Both the position numbers and the translations under genes were made by a program. From Octopus vulgaris (taxonomy: Eukaryota): a DNA stretch of 64,000 nucleotides. Positions 1-13,050 of this stretch are shown here, piece by piece (the stretch's first letter is position 1; every line of letters starts with the position of its first letter). The notes under the pieces were generated by a model. It did no database searches and was not told the DNA's origin. It saw only the letters and a program-made list of their open reading frames with translations. The DNA lies in assembly GCA_951406725.2 (NCBI GenBank), contig OX597830.1, positions 66,030,001-66,094,000 on the forward strand, given 5' to 3'.

Positions 1-310
1 CATGTGTGTGTGTTAATGGAAATGAATGGTTGTTCACTACACAATTTCAATATCTAAATATGTGGTGCTTCTACGTTATTTTCCTCTGTATTACTACAAT
101 ATCTGTGTGATATGCTCACTAAGAATCCATAGGTCAGAAAAATATGCACTCATATCTTTCACAATAGAGTGGATATTCTAAATATTTACAGTATTAAATA
201 TTCATTACAGCTGATCAGTTATAACTGCCAACTCTGACAAGTTCAGGGTTACATAATCACACTGTTATCAAACATTCTGTTCAACCTCTAGTGCAAAACC
301 AATTGGTAAG

Positions 311-523
311 AGAGCTGGCAGAAATGTTGGCATGCCGGGCGAAATGCTTAGTGGTATTTCATCTGAGTTCAAATTCCGCCGAGGTTGACTTTGCCTTTCG
401 TCCTTTCGGGGTCGATAAATTAAGTACCAGTTATGCACTGGGGTCGATGTAATCGACTTAATCCCTTTGTCTGTCCTTGTTTGTCCCCTCTATGTTTAGC
501 CCCTTGTGGGCAATAAAGAAATA
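311..523 (+). mobile_element. SINE family B (tRNA-like head, central GCCTTTCATCCTTTCGGGGTCGATAAA domain, Meta/MESC-like)
   Basis: Head GAGCTGGCAGAA...GAGTTCAAATTCC (A/B-box-like); near-identical copies at 17046, 21700-22328 and 34249. Confidence 0.8.
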
Positions 524-645
524 AGATTGGCCATAATGGATATATAATGCTGTACACTTTGATTAATATATAAAAGATGTGTGTGCGCGCATGTGTGTAC
601 ATATAAATATATTATTTCTTATATATATATATATATATATATATA

Positions 646-1031
646 CTCTTTTACTTGTTTCAGTCATTTGACTGTGGCCATGCTGGAGCACCACCTTTAG
701 TCGAGCAAATCAACCCCAGGACTTATTCTTTGTAAGCCTAGTACTTATTTTATCAATCTCTTTTTGCCGAACTGCTAAGTTATGGGAATGTAAACACACC
801 AGCATTGGTTGTGAAGTGATGTTGGGGGCGGGGACAAGCACAGACACACACAAAGTATATATACATATATATACGACGGGCTTCTTTCAGTTTCCATCTA
901 CCAAATTCACTCACAAGGCTTTGGTTGGCCTGAGACTATAGTAGACGACTCTTGCCCAAGGTGCCACGCAATGGGACTGAACCTGGAACCATGTGGTTGG
1001 TAAGCAAGCTACTTACCACACCGCTATTCCT
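646..1031 (-). mobile_element. SINE family A (CORE-like, bipartite with central TA/TG microsatellite)
   Basis: Reverse complement of GGAGTGGCTGTGTGGTAAG...CCTTGGGCAAG...tail AATGACTGAAACAAGTAAAAGAG; more than 15 copies or fragments in the window. Confidence 0.85.
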
Positions 1032-1048
1032 GTACGTCTCCACATTGA

Positions 1049-1053
<5 letters not shown>

Positions 1054-1093
<40 letters not shown>

Positions 1094-1481
1094 ATGTATG
1101 TATGTATGTATGTATGTATGTATGTATGTGTATGTATGTATGTATGTATGTATGTATGTGTATGTATGTATGTATATGTATGTATGTATGTGTATATATG
1201 TATGTATGTGTATGTATGTATGTATGTGTATGTATGTATGTATGTGTGTATGTATGTATGTATGTGTATATATGTATGTATGTATGTGTATATATGTATG
1301 TATGTATGTGTATATATGTATGTATGTATGTGTATGTATGTATGTATGTATGTATGTGTATGTATGTATGTATGTGTATGTATGTATGTATGTGTGTATA
1401 TATGTATGTATGTGTATATATGTATGTATGTGTGTATATATGTATGTATATGTATATATACATATCTTTGTGTGTGTGTGA
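1054..1481. repeat. (TA)n/(TATG)n microsatellite
   Basis: Direct inspection. Confidence 0.97.
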
Positions 1482-2089
1482 TGTTGTGATAGGTACAGGC
1501 ATTGCTATAAGTGTAGGCACGTCTGATTGATTAAGAAGTTTGTGTTCAATCTTAATCTGTTGCACCTTGTGGATGTATCACCTGACGACCGCCTTTCATT
1601 GACCAATGCCTTGTTAATGAGATTTGGTAGGCGGAAGCTTTACAGCAGGATGTTGTGTGTGTGTGTGTGTGTGCGTGTGTACATGTGTGTGTGTTTGTGT
1701 GTTTGTTTCTGTACGTCTCCGCATTGACACCGATCAGGTGGCAGTGATGCTTCTGCCTGTCCCACATAACAACTCCCGCAGCTTTGCCTGTCTGACATGC
1801 AGCGAACACCGGAATAATGCACTTTACTTGGAAACATCCGAACTGTAGGATTTGCGTTTCACGAAGCTTTGTCCCGCTCGTGCCAAAACAGAAAACAGCA
1901 GATGTAACATGATGATGATGATGATGATGGTGATGATGACAACGTTGATGATGGTGGTGGTGGTGGTGGTAGTGGTGGTGGTGCTGGCAATTGTGATAGT
2001 AGTGGTGGTGGTTACATACTTATATACACATTACATGCATATCATATATATGTGTGCATGTGCGCACGTGTTATGTGTACTGTATATAT

Positions 2090-2345
2090 GTATCCATCCA
2101 TCTATCTATCTATCTATCTATCTATCATCTATCTATCTATCCATCCATCCAGCTATCTATCTATCTATCTATCTATCATCTATCTATCTATCCATCCATC
2201 CATCTATCTATCTATCTATCTATCTATCATCTATCTATCTATCCATCCATCCATCTATCTATCTATCTATCTATCTATCATCTATCTATCTATCCATCCA
2301 TCCAGCTATCTATCTATCTATCTATCTATCATCTATCTATCTATA

Positions 2346-2389
<44 letters not shown>

Positions 2390-2659
2390 ATCTATCTATC
2401 TATCCATCCATCCAGCTATCTATCTATCTATCTATCTATCATCTATCTATCTATCCATCCATCCAGCTATCTATCTATCTATCTATCTATCATCTATCTA
2501 TCTATCCATCCATCCAGCTATCTATCTATCTATCTATCTATCATCTATCTATCTATCCATCCATCCAGCTATCTATCTATCTATCTATCTATCATCTATC
2601 TATCTATCCATCCATCCAGCTATCTATCTATCTATCTATCTATCATCTATCTATCTATA

Positions 2660-2699
<40 letters not shown>

Positions 2700-2850
2700 A
2701 TCTATCTATCTATCCATCCATCCAGCTATCTATCTATCTATCTATCTATCATCTATCTATCTATCCATCCATCCAGCTATCTATCTATCTATCTATCGAT
2801 CGATCGATCTGTCTATCTATCTATACACACACACACACACACACACACAT
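2090..2850. repeat. (TATC)n microsatellite with 51-bp higher-order unit
   Basis: CAG marker recurs at 2413, 2464, 2515 (51-bp period). Confidence 0.95.
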
Positions 2851-3094
2851 ATGACGAGAGAGAAAGACTGACGAAGTTAAGAAGGCTTGCATCATATGTA
2901 TTTTAAATTAGTGTTATGCATTTAGTTGCTTAGACCATTTAAAGCGTGCATGTGCGTATGTGTATAAATAAATATGGATGTGTGCATATATATGTGTGTG
3001 TGTGTGTGTGTATATATGTATATAAAAATATGTATGGATGCATGTGTGTGTACATATATATATACATGCATATATTCATATATATATATATATG

Positions 3095-3169
3095 TGCAGG
3101 AGTGGTAGCCTCGGGCCGACCAAAGCCTTGTGAGTGGATTTGGTAGACGGAAACTGAAAGAAGCCCATC

Positions 3170-3205
<36 letters not shown>

Positions 3206-3410
3206 ATGTTTGTGTTTTTCTCAATGACATCACTTGACAACTGATGGTGGTATGTTTGCATCCCCATAACTTAGCAGTTCGGCAAAAGAGACCGATAGAA
3301 TAAATACTAGGCTTACAAAGAATATGTCCTGGGGTCGATTTGCTTGACTAAAGGCGGTGCTCTAGCATGGCCACAGTCAAATGACGGAAACATGTAAAAG
3401 TGTAAAAGAG
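3095..3410 (+). mobile_element. SINE family A, internally deleted head
   Basis: GCCTCGGGCCGACCAAAGCCTTGTGAGTGG... through the tail. Confidence 0.8.
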
Positions 3411-3470
3411 TATATGCATATATACATATTTATACATTCATACATACATATATATACGTACACGTGTTTG

Positions 3471-3526
<56 letters not shown>

Positions 3527-4229
3527 CATACATACCATTGAATTAATTCTTTTCTTTCCTCTTCTATTTATTTCAGTGAATATCATCAGTCATTTTTTTC
3601 GTTACACATTAACGACCTGTTCGTTGATACTCTAAATTCATACAGACGCATACCGACACGTCCCTTGTATTTACATGCGTGTATGTGCACATGAGTGTAT
3701 GTGCTTTTGTGTGTGCATGTGCATGCATGTGTATGCATGTGTATGCATGTGTGTGTGTATTGCACCATTTTCATTAAAAAAAAATCAACTTAATTACATC
3801 TGAATAATCATTGTTTTTTGGTGGAGTTTTTTTTTTCTTTGTTTGTTTGGCTTCTTCTTTTTCTTCTTCCTCTCTTCTCGTTCGCAAAAGTTATAATTAA
3901 TTTTGCTACATGGAGGATGTATATATATATATATGTGGGAAATGGTGGTGATTTTGACGGCAGCAATGGTGGTGAAGGTGGCAATGGCAGCAACAGTGGT
4001 GGTGATGGTGGTGGTGGTGGTTGTGGTGGTATTAGTGAAATTATGAAGGAAATGCGGGGGAGGGGGTGCATCTTGATAATAGCGTAAAAGGAAAAGCGGA
4101 GAAGAAAAAAAAAAGTAGTGATAATGAGTGGAGAGGAAAGAGTTAGCGAAAAGGATACATGAGAAGCTAAAACATGTAAAAATATTTTTTTTTTAAAGTA
4201 GAGGGGGGGAGAGCGTGCGTGCATGCATG

Positions 4230-4272
<43 letters not shown>

Positions 4273-5904
4273 CTGGTGGAAGTGAGGAGGGAATGTGTGT
4301 GAAGGAATAGATTTGGGAAAGAGAGGAAGGATTTGCCTGAAAAATGAGACAGGAGAAAGAGATAGGGAAAGAAAAGTGGAATCTGTGGAGAGAGATGTGT
4401 GCGGAGGTTGGAATGGGGGGGGGTAATTAGAGAGATGTGGAAGAAAGAGATTGAGCTTAGAAGGGGTGGGAGAGAATGAAAGAGAAAGAGAGAGAGAGAA
4501 AGAAATTGGGAGTGGAAGCCTGTGTAGGAAGGGGTTTGATATTAAAGTGTCATATTGAAAGTGAGAGGAAGAAAGAGGAAACTGGGACAATGTTGAAGTA
4601 CCAAAATCAGACAGACAGACTGGCTGACTGACGGACAGACAGACAAATAGATAGATAGATAGATAGGGAGAGAGAGAGAGAGAGTAGTTAGACTAATATT
4701 AAATTGGTGTATTCAGAGAAATATTGAGGAGGAACATCGAAAGGGAGCTAGAGGGGTTAGATATGATAAAGTGGTCTTATTGAGAGAGAAAGAGACAGAT
4801 AGACAGACAGACAAAATGAAAGTAAGACTGGGAGATAGAAAGTGGTCTTATTGAGAAGGAGATAGACTGATAGACAAAATGAAAGTAAGACTGGGAGATA
4901 GAAAGTGATAGCAAATTTGAAAGTGTCATTTTGAGGGAATTATGGAAAATTTATTGGTGGGTTAGATACAGAAAGAGACAGACAAACAGATCTGAACAAA
5001 GATAAATAGATAGATAGATAGATATGGAGGGAGGGAGAAAGACAGACAGAGAGAGGGAGGGAGAGAGAGATTTCCAAAATGCTAGAAAGAGATGGAACTG
5101 AAATTAAAGTACAAGAAGTCAGGGAAGTAGAGAGATGGGACAATGTGAAAGTCCCATTTTGAATGAAGATTAGATAGATAGATAGATAGAGGGAGGGAGA
5201 GAGATCTGTCTGTTGGGTAGTGAAAGAGAGATAGATGCATTGATATATATACGTATATATATATATATCATTATCCATATACATAAACATTGATAAATAA
5301 ATATGGAACTAAAATGAGAGAGAAAGAGAGAGAGAGAACTGAAGCTAAAAGGATTTGAAGAGAAGGGAAAAGGAAGAAGAAAAAAATAAACATTGAAGGA
5401 GTGTATCTGTGAAAGAGGAGGGAGGGGTATATGAAAGGGGGTTGAAGGAGTATTTTTTAGGATAGAGTAAGCAAAAAAAAAAAAAAGTAACACAGCAAGG
5501 AGAGGAAGACAGTTCATTGTGCAACGTCAGTGAAGCTGAGAAATCAGTTATTCGCAGAAGTCAATCAACTGCACAACAGGTTCAATTCCTCCCCACCTCT
5601 TCACCCCGTCGTATTTACATTGCCTTCATATAACATACTGGTGCTTTTTTTTTTTTCTCTCTTTTGCAACAAAACACATTCAGCTATGTGGGGAGACAAT
5701 GTTGTTATTTTTAATCTAGAGATTTCGGTTTGACGGGGTTGTTTTGGTTTGGTGGGTGTTGTTTTGTAATGGTGGCTAGATGAAAGAGAGAGAGAGGGAG
5801 AGAGAGAGAGAACATGGGATGGTGAGGGAGTGGAGCAACTTGTTTTTCTTCTTTACTGTTTTTATCAGGGGTGGGTGGGGGGTCAGCCCCTTTTTTTTCC
5901 TTAT

Positions 5905-7182
5905 ACTACCAGCATCACCCTCACCACTACCACAACCACCATCATCGTCATTGTCATCATCATCATCATCATCATCGTCATCACCACCAGCACCATCATC
6001 ATGATGTTAAGTACCACCATACCACTGGTATCACTCTGAATATTCTTTTAAAACCCACCCCACCTGCTACCCTCAGTAAGCAAATGCTGTTCTAAGGAGG
6101 GTTGCTGCCTTGACACTTGTGAACCATTAACCATCACTGCCACTTGCTGTGCCATTAACCACCAACCGTCCTTACCATTATGGTTGCCTCCTTCTCTTCC
6201 TGCAGAGAAAGAGAAATAGATAGAGAAGGGGCTGCAAAGAGAAAGAGAGAATCTCACATAGCACTCATCACACCACCACTACCATCACCAACACCACTAC
6301 CACCTTTAACACTACCACCACTACCTTCACCAACACTATTACTACTACCACCACCACCACCAACACTAATTCTACCATCACCACAGGCAACACTACCACC
6401 ACCTTTAACTCTACCACCATCACCAACCACCTCCTCCATCACCAACACAACCACTACTATCACCAGCACCACCACCATTGCCAGCATTACCACTGCTACT
6501 ACAGCCACCACAACCATCACTGACAACCCCACCACTACCAACACTAACACCATCACCTATGCTACCACCATCACCACTGCTGACACCACCATTGGGATGG
6601 ATTCTATCAACTTGCTAGAAATAGCAGTTAAATCCCCCTCTCATCATATCCTACTATTTTGACCATAGAAAGCATACATGAAGTCTTGAATACTTCTAGA
6701 AAGTGGGGGTGGTCATGGCTAGAATCATTGATCATGGGTCTGTTTGATGAGCTAACCTGGGGTTAAATATCAATACCACAATCACTACTTACTCCACCAC
6801 CGCCACTACCATCTCCATCTCCATCACTACCCTCACCATCAGCTTCTCCAGTACTATATCATCATCACCACTGCCACCATCCTCACCACCACTACCATAA
6901 TCTCTGCTAGCTGCTGCAGCAGCAGCAGCAGTAGCAGCACCGCCGCCACCCTCATCACTCCTAATAATACTTCCACCACCACCATCGCCACCTGTAGCAC
7001 CATCAGCATCTCCAGCACTATACCCATCACCTCCACCACAACCACCTCCACCACAACCACCTCCACCACAACCACCTCCACCATTATCAATACTACCATC
7101 ATAACTGCTAGCATCATCACCACCACCACCACCATCATCAATACTAGCATCACCACCACTACTACTACTACTACCAGTAATA

Positions 7183-7227
<45 letters not shown>

Positions 7228-7417
7228 ATGTATTTTATACATCATCATCATCATCATCATCAGTAGTAGCAACAACAATGCCAATTTTTCTTTCTCTATT
7301 CTACCATCACTACTTCCTGCAAACTCCGTCCCCACCACCTCCACCACCACCACCACCACCACCATCAATTTTTGCGTCTGTTATTCACTTTCTTTCTTTT
7401 TTCTGTATCATTATTAG

Positions 7418-7448
<31 letters not shown>

Positions 7449-7450
7449 TA
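5905..7450. repeat. Low-complexity (CAC/CAT/ACT/TAT)n trinucleotide tract
   Basis: Degenerate trinucleotide runs; source of the Thr/Pro/His/Val-rich ORFs. Confidence 0.9.
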
Positions 7451-7674
7451 TTCAAATTTTTTTTGTTTTCCTTTATATAAATTTCTCCATGATCTGCCAA
7501 TATCTATCTATCTCGTTGATTGTGACTGGGACTCCCAACAGCAGCGGAGCATTTTGGGCGGTTTATATATTATATTATATTATATTAATTTATATTCTAT
7601 AGTTGTTTTGTTTGTTTGTTAGTTAGTTCTTTTTACTTTCTCCTCTTCACTGTGTATGTGTGTGTGACATGCAG

Positions 7675-7837
7675 CTCACAGACACAGCAGTGATCCTACC
7701 GAGTTAATCTTTATTCCGCTGTGCTCGTGTGTGCATGGCTTATGTATGCATACCTTAACCGTCCTGAGAAGATGGAGTGCAGATCACTTGGAACGTGGCA
7801 GCGGAAAACGCAGATATTCGAGCTATTTAAACATGAA
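7675..7837 (+). CDS. Candidate coding exon (...HRHSSDPTELIFIPLCSCVHGLCMHTLTVLRRWSADHLERGSGKRRYSSYLNM), product unknown
   Basis: Unique sequence; pyrimidine tract then CATGCAG acceptor; stop-free frame from 7668; in-frame ATG at 7746; AA|GTATGT donor after 7837. No homology recognised. Confidence 0.3.
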
Positions 7838-9927
7838 GTATGTTGTTTTGTCTTTTTCTCTTTTACTCTCTCTCTTGCTCTCTGTCTGTCTCTCTTTCTC
7901 TCTCTCCTTTTGTTTCAAGGAATTAAGTTGATTAGTTTCATTAAGCTGATTAATTTATTTTCTGGATTTAGATGTAAGCAATCCCATGTGTATTTATTTT
8001 CTGAGGACTGTTGTTTGTTTCTTTGTTTTTACTTTATTCAATCATGTGTCACCTCCCACCCCACCCTCAACTCCACCATATCACACCACACACCTACTTG
8101 ACCAAACTTCAGCCAAATATTATCTATATTTTTATTAATCAACACCACCACCACCACCACCACCACACCACTGTCGCCGCCTTCACCCTTATCTATCTTT
8201 TTTTTTTTTTGAAAGGTGTAGTGAGGGGTGGCACTGGTTGGTTTGGATATGTTGGAAGTAATATAAACCCAGGCTGTTCAACAGACTCTAATAATAATAC
8301 TTATGTTTGCAGGAATGTATTTTCTGCTTTCACATGAATTGGTGTATTCTTAGACACTACTCACCTGCTGTTCTGACACAAGTAAAAAAATAATAAAAGA
8401 AAATTTTTTAAAAAAAAGCAAAAATTCTTGTAAAGAAAATCTACCTCTTCTAAATATTGTATGAAGTTTAATATAACACAAAACAAAAAGAAAAAGTTTT
8501 TTGTCTCTTTTTAATTTTTTTTTTTTTCAGAATCTGTTACGGTTCAATGATTGTTGTTATATATAATAATATAATACTAGTAGCATACTGGAAATTACTA
8601 AAGTTTATGCATCATCCTTGTTTTGATAGATGAGCCATTCAAAGGTGTGCAGTGGTTTTTATTTGTTTTCTTTTCTCACACTAAACTCTCACAGGTGTTC
8701 AACTAATTAAGATATACTGTATTTACTTGTGCTTCAGTTGCACTGGTGCATAAATTGTACCGTTAATTTAGTGTTAAATTTTGGTACAGAATTTTTTTTC
8801 CCTTCTCAGTTTTATTTCTGTTCCATATGTAAGTCACAAACCTAGGTGGTTTTTTTTTGTTGTTGAAATGAAATATCAAAACAGTGCAGTATATACACGT
8901 GTAAATGTAAATACAGTGCTTTATTAATAAGTTTGAAACACCAACAGTGTGTTTCTTACAAAATTACTGTTTAAGGAGTCAGTACCTAACACCAAGTCCT
9001 GCCCTGGTCAAGCTGACTTACAATCCAAGGTATTCCAACTGTGTCCACTCCAACTTTATTCTCCGGGTTGGGAGCCATGAGGCAGGTGTCATCAGGCACT
9101 GTCAGCATTGTAGTAGCATGTCCACTTCCCAGTCATTTCAACCTGCCTGGTACCCCTCTAAGGGTACTCTTCACCAAGTGTCTGAGGCAACCAGTGTGTT
9201 CATTGTGAAAAAAATTGATTATGACTTGGACTCTCTGGCAGCGGGGCATTTTGGGTGTTATATATTATATTATATAATTGTTTTGTTTGTTAGTTCAGAG
9301 TGGACCCCACCAGAATAACATTCTCCAATGTGTTTCCTTCTAAAATAGTAGGGTAGGATGTAATTTGAGAGAGATTTAACTGTTATTTCTATCAGGTTGA
9401 GTAAATAACATAGCGGCTCTCTCATTAAGCTCATCATTAAAGAGTATTTTATTATAGTGATTACCACATAACATTTTACCTGGGTAAATAAAATGGAATA
9501 TTTGTTATATTGATTTTATAATTTCTCTTAATTAGTGAAATTTCTTTACTGAAATTTTATTCAATAATTTTAGTTCCCTTATTTTCTCTTTTCATCTATT
9601 CCCATAACTTTTCCTAATTTTTATTGATATTAAGCTTTTTCGTTAAAGAAATAATCACTGATATTTAATGAAACCCTTGAGAGTCATTTTTCATCTAATT
9701 ATTCATGTTTATTCTTAAAGTTGCAATTTACATACTAACCCCTTGATATCAACCTGCTTGAGACAGCCCTGTTTTATGGTAAAAACTTCCGTGTTTTAAA
9801 GTCATCTAAATTAAGTAACCTTCCATCAAAATATCATTAATTTATGTTTCACAAAGCAGATTAATAATGACAAAATTATTTCATTATATATCAGTCTTTA
9901 TATTTTTTTTTTAATGAAAAAGCTTAA

Positions 9928-10265
9928 TCATCATCGTTTAACGTCCGTTTTCCATGCTAGCATGGGTTGGACAGTTCAACCGGGGTCTGGAAAGCCAGGA
10001 GGCTGCACCAGGCTCAAGTCTGATCTGGCAGTGTTTCTACAGCTGGATGCCCTACCTAACGCCAACCACTCCATTAGTGTAGTGGGTGCTTTTTAGGTGC
10101 CACCGGCACAGGGGCCAAAGTAGGCTGGCAACGGCCACGATCGGTCGGTGCTTTTTTACATGCCACCGACATGGAAGCCAGTCGGGGCGGCACTGGCATC
10201 AGCCACGTTCGGATGGTGCTTTTTACGTGCCACTGGCACAGGTATCATAACTACAATTTTCCATT
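9928..10265 (-). mobile_element. SINE family C (Ceph/RTE-type tail ending (GAT)n, internal GGCACGTAAAAAGCACC repeats)
   Basis: Reverse complement of GGTTGGCGTTAGG.AGGCATCCAGC...CATGGAAAACGGACGTTAAACGATGATGA; copies at 17588, 27435 and 36713. Confidence 0.75.
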
Positions 10266-11786
10266 TGATAAATAGGGAAAATGAGGGAACTAAAACTATT
10301 GAATAAAATTAATTGAAAGAAGCTGTATATCTTTGCTAAAATAGTTCAAGGTTTTTAATTGACCATTTGGCTTCTATAACTTGTTTTGTGTTTACAATCA
10401 TCATCATCATCAACACTGTTGTGGTCTTTATCATCATTACCATGATGATCATCATCATCATTATCAGCATTATTATAAACCAGGTTTCAAACACCAAGTT
10501 AATCTCTGTGATGAAATAGAATAGAAAGTGACAGGTTTACATAAGCGGACCCACTCCTTGGCTTCTGATGATGGATTAATAAAGTTGCTGTTACTTAGCC
10601 CCAAGTCAACCCTTACTGAGTAGTTCTGTGATTAAAGGTATTCTACCTGTTTTTTTCCCTTATGTGCTGGAACCTATGATTGCACTATCCAACATATCCA
10701 TTTGTAAAACAGTGAGATATGATTTAAGGGAAAATTCGGCTGCTTTTTCTAGCAGGTCGAGTGACCTCATAGCTATTGATATTTAGTGGCTGCCTAGCCT
10801 TACCCCTATCTGAGTAGCTGGAAATAAAATGCCCTGTACTTCTGTACTTTGTTTCTTTTAAAACCAGACTGCTCTTTATGATTTTTTGATTCCATTAATT
10901 ACACCCTCTAATTGACCTTAGTAGGTGGCCAATGTCCTATCACCACAATTATCACTATTGTCTTCATGTGGCCCTTGGAAGCTGCATGGAAGTTCATTGG
11001 ATGAAGTAAAGTTGTATAGAAAAGTCCTATCTTGTCAAACAAAATGAGTATCACACTGGTTCTGTTTAAGGGTTATGTTATAGGTAGAAATATCTGTGGA
11101 ATACTCAGCTACTTGTGCTATGCTACAAGGAGTATGTAGTTCTGTTGATGGAACAGTCAAAGTACTCATTGCCAAAACTGACTGAGGATCTGTTTGTTTG
11201 ATGTGTGTGTGTGTGTGTGTGAGGTTAGTGTAAATCTTACTTGTTTCAGTCATTAGACTGCAGCCATGCTGGAGCACTGCTTGAGGAATTTTAATCAAAC
11301 AATTTCACCCCAGTATGTTTTTGTTTTTCGATGCCTGGTACTTATTCGATTGGCCTTATTTGTCAAACTGCTAAGTTAGAGGGATGTAAACACACCAACA
11401 CCAGTCGTCAAATAGTAGCAGGGAACAAACAAAAACACATCAACACACACACGCGTATGTGTGTGAGACTGGTTTCTTTCAGATTCCATCTACCAAATCC
11501 TCTCACATAAATTGGACGGTTTGATAGGATCTGGCCAGGCAGGAGCCTGCACCAGACTTGTCTCTGTTTTGGCAGGGTTTTTTATGACTAGATGCCCTTC
11601 CTAACACCAACCAACCAGCAGAGTGGACTGAGTACTTTTTACGTGGCACAAACACAGGTGAGGTCAGTTTTAGCAAGGTTTTTACAGCTGGATGCCCTTC
11701 CAAATGCCAACCAGTTTACAGTGTGGACTGGATATATATGTGTGTGTCTATATTTATATGTACATGCTGACATCTAATTATATAGT

Positions 11787-12040
11787 TATAATTATAGCAA
11801 AAGGGTGTGGATAAGCACACCAAAATACTGGAAATGGATGCTAATGGCTCTATAAACCACATATTATTTTACTCTGCTAATGAAAGTGGGCTAATGAATC
11901 AATCAGATTTTTAAAAGAATGATTCACTAGCTTGCTTTCAAACTGTGCTAATGGAGTAAAATAATATGTGGTTTATAGAACATTAGCTGCTATTTCAAGT
12001 ATGTTGGTATGCCTATCCACACCCTTTTGCTATAATTATA
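11787..12040. repeat. Imperfect foldback (inverted-repeat) element
   Basis: TATAATTATAGCAAAAGGGTGTGGATA ... TATCCACACCCTTTTGCTATAATTATA; inner arms CTATAAACCACATATTATTTTACTC / GAGTAAAATAATATGTGGTTTATAG. Confidence 0.9.
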
Positions 12041-12142
12041 TATCAGTATAAATATTTACCTAAATGGAGTTAACATGCTGGCTAATTAATAGAATGGGTT
12101 TATCCTTCATTAATTAATTAAATATATATATATTTATATATA

Positions 12143-12420
12143 TACATATAAGAGGGATGATCACTAAGTGGACATCCATTATGCTAGAGGTAGACCCCAT
12201 ATGGTCTGACCACTAAGAAAAGATTGTTCTCAAGAAAATTCAGCAAATGAAAAGATACAAAATATATTTATATTTTGTATCTTTCCATTTGTCTTGCTCG
12301 CTTATGTTCTGGCATTTTGTTGAATTTTCTTGAGAACAATTTTTTCTTAGTCGTCAGACCATATGGGGTCTACCTCTAGCATAATGGATGTCCACTTAGT
12401 GGTCATCCCTCTTATATGTA
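12143..12420. repeat. Foldback element with ~100-bp arms
   Basis: TACATATAAGAGGGATGATCACTAAGTGGACATCC... pairs with ...GGATGTCCACTTAGTGGTCATCCCTCTTATATGTA. Confidence 0.92.
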
Positions 12421-12520
12421 ATATAATTTTTCTGAATCTTCAGATTTTTCAATATGCTAGGCCACTGGTTTTAAATTGATATTAATCAAATTAATATTCA
12501 ATTTTTCAGCATTATTAATT

Positions 12521-12559
<39 letters not shown>

Positions 12560-12744
12560 TCTTGGAGTGGTTGGTGTTATGAAGGGCATCCAGCCATAGA
12601 AAACCATGCCAAGTCAGAGTGGATCCTGGTACCGCCTTCCAGCGTGCCAGCCCAGTCAAACCATCCAACCCATGCCAATATGGACAACGGCCATTAAATG
12701 ATGATTATACATATATATGTATATGTGTGTGTGTGTGTGTGTGT

Positions 12745-13050
12745 GGAGGCGCAATGGCCCAGTGGTTAGGGCAGCGGACTCGCGGTCATAGGATCGCAGT
12801 TTCAATTCTCAGACCGGGCGTTGTGAGTATTTATTGAGCGAAAACACCTAAAGCCCCACGAGGCTCCGACAGGGGGTGATGATCCCTGCTGTACTCTTTC
12901 ACCACTCTTTCTCTCACTCTTTCTTCTGTTGACCTGCTCGCTTAGCCAGCGGGGTGGTGTCATTTGAAGACTAAAACAATGCGAAGTGCATTGTGACCAG
13001 CGATGTGCAGCAACATCTGATAGCCTGGTCGGTCACAGTGATCACGGTGA
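12745..13050 (+). mobile_element. SINE family OR-like (tRNA-Arg-like head), tail type 1
   Basis: GGAGGCGCAATGGCCCAGTGGTTAGGGCAGCGGACTCGCGGTC head with A/B boxes. Confidence 0.85.

Noticed and set aside
1640-1837. SCGSCYVGQAEASL resembling the Penelope GIY-YIG CxxxYIGQT motif
   Set aside because: Only a few residues match, and neither the upstream motif nor the downstream R..EH is seen; would need a BLASTX hit
936-2906. ORFs of 130-340 aa
   Set aside because: Microsatellite artefacts from (TATG)n and (TATC)n
3560-3595. CUGAUGA...GAAA on the minus strand (similar partial matches at ~12350 and ~57225)
   Set aside because: No pairing for stem II or stem I, so not hammerheads
6180-7160. Pro/Thr-rich mucin-like ORFs
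   Set aside because: Degenerate (CAC/ACT)n low-complexity DNA interrupted by a dispersed repeat; no splice support
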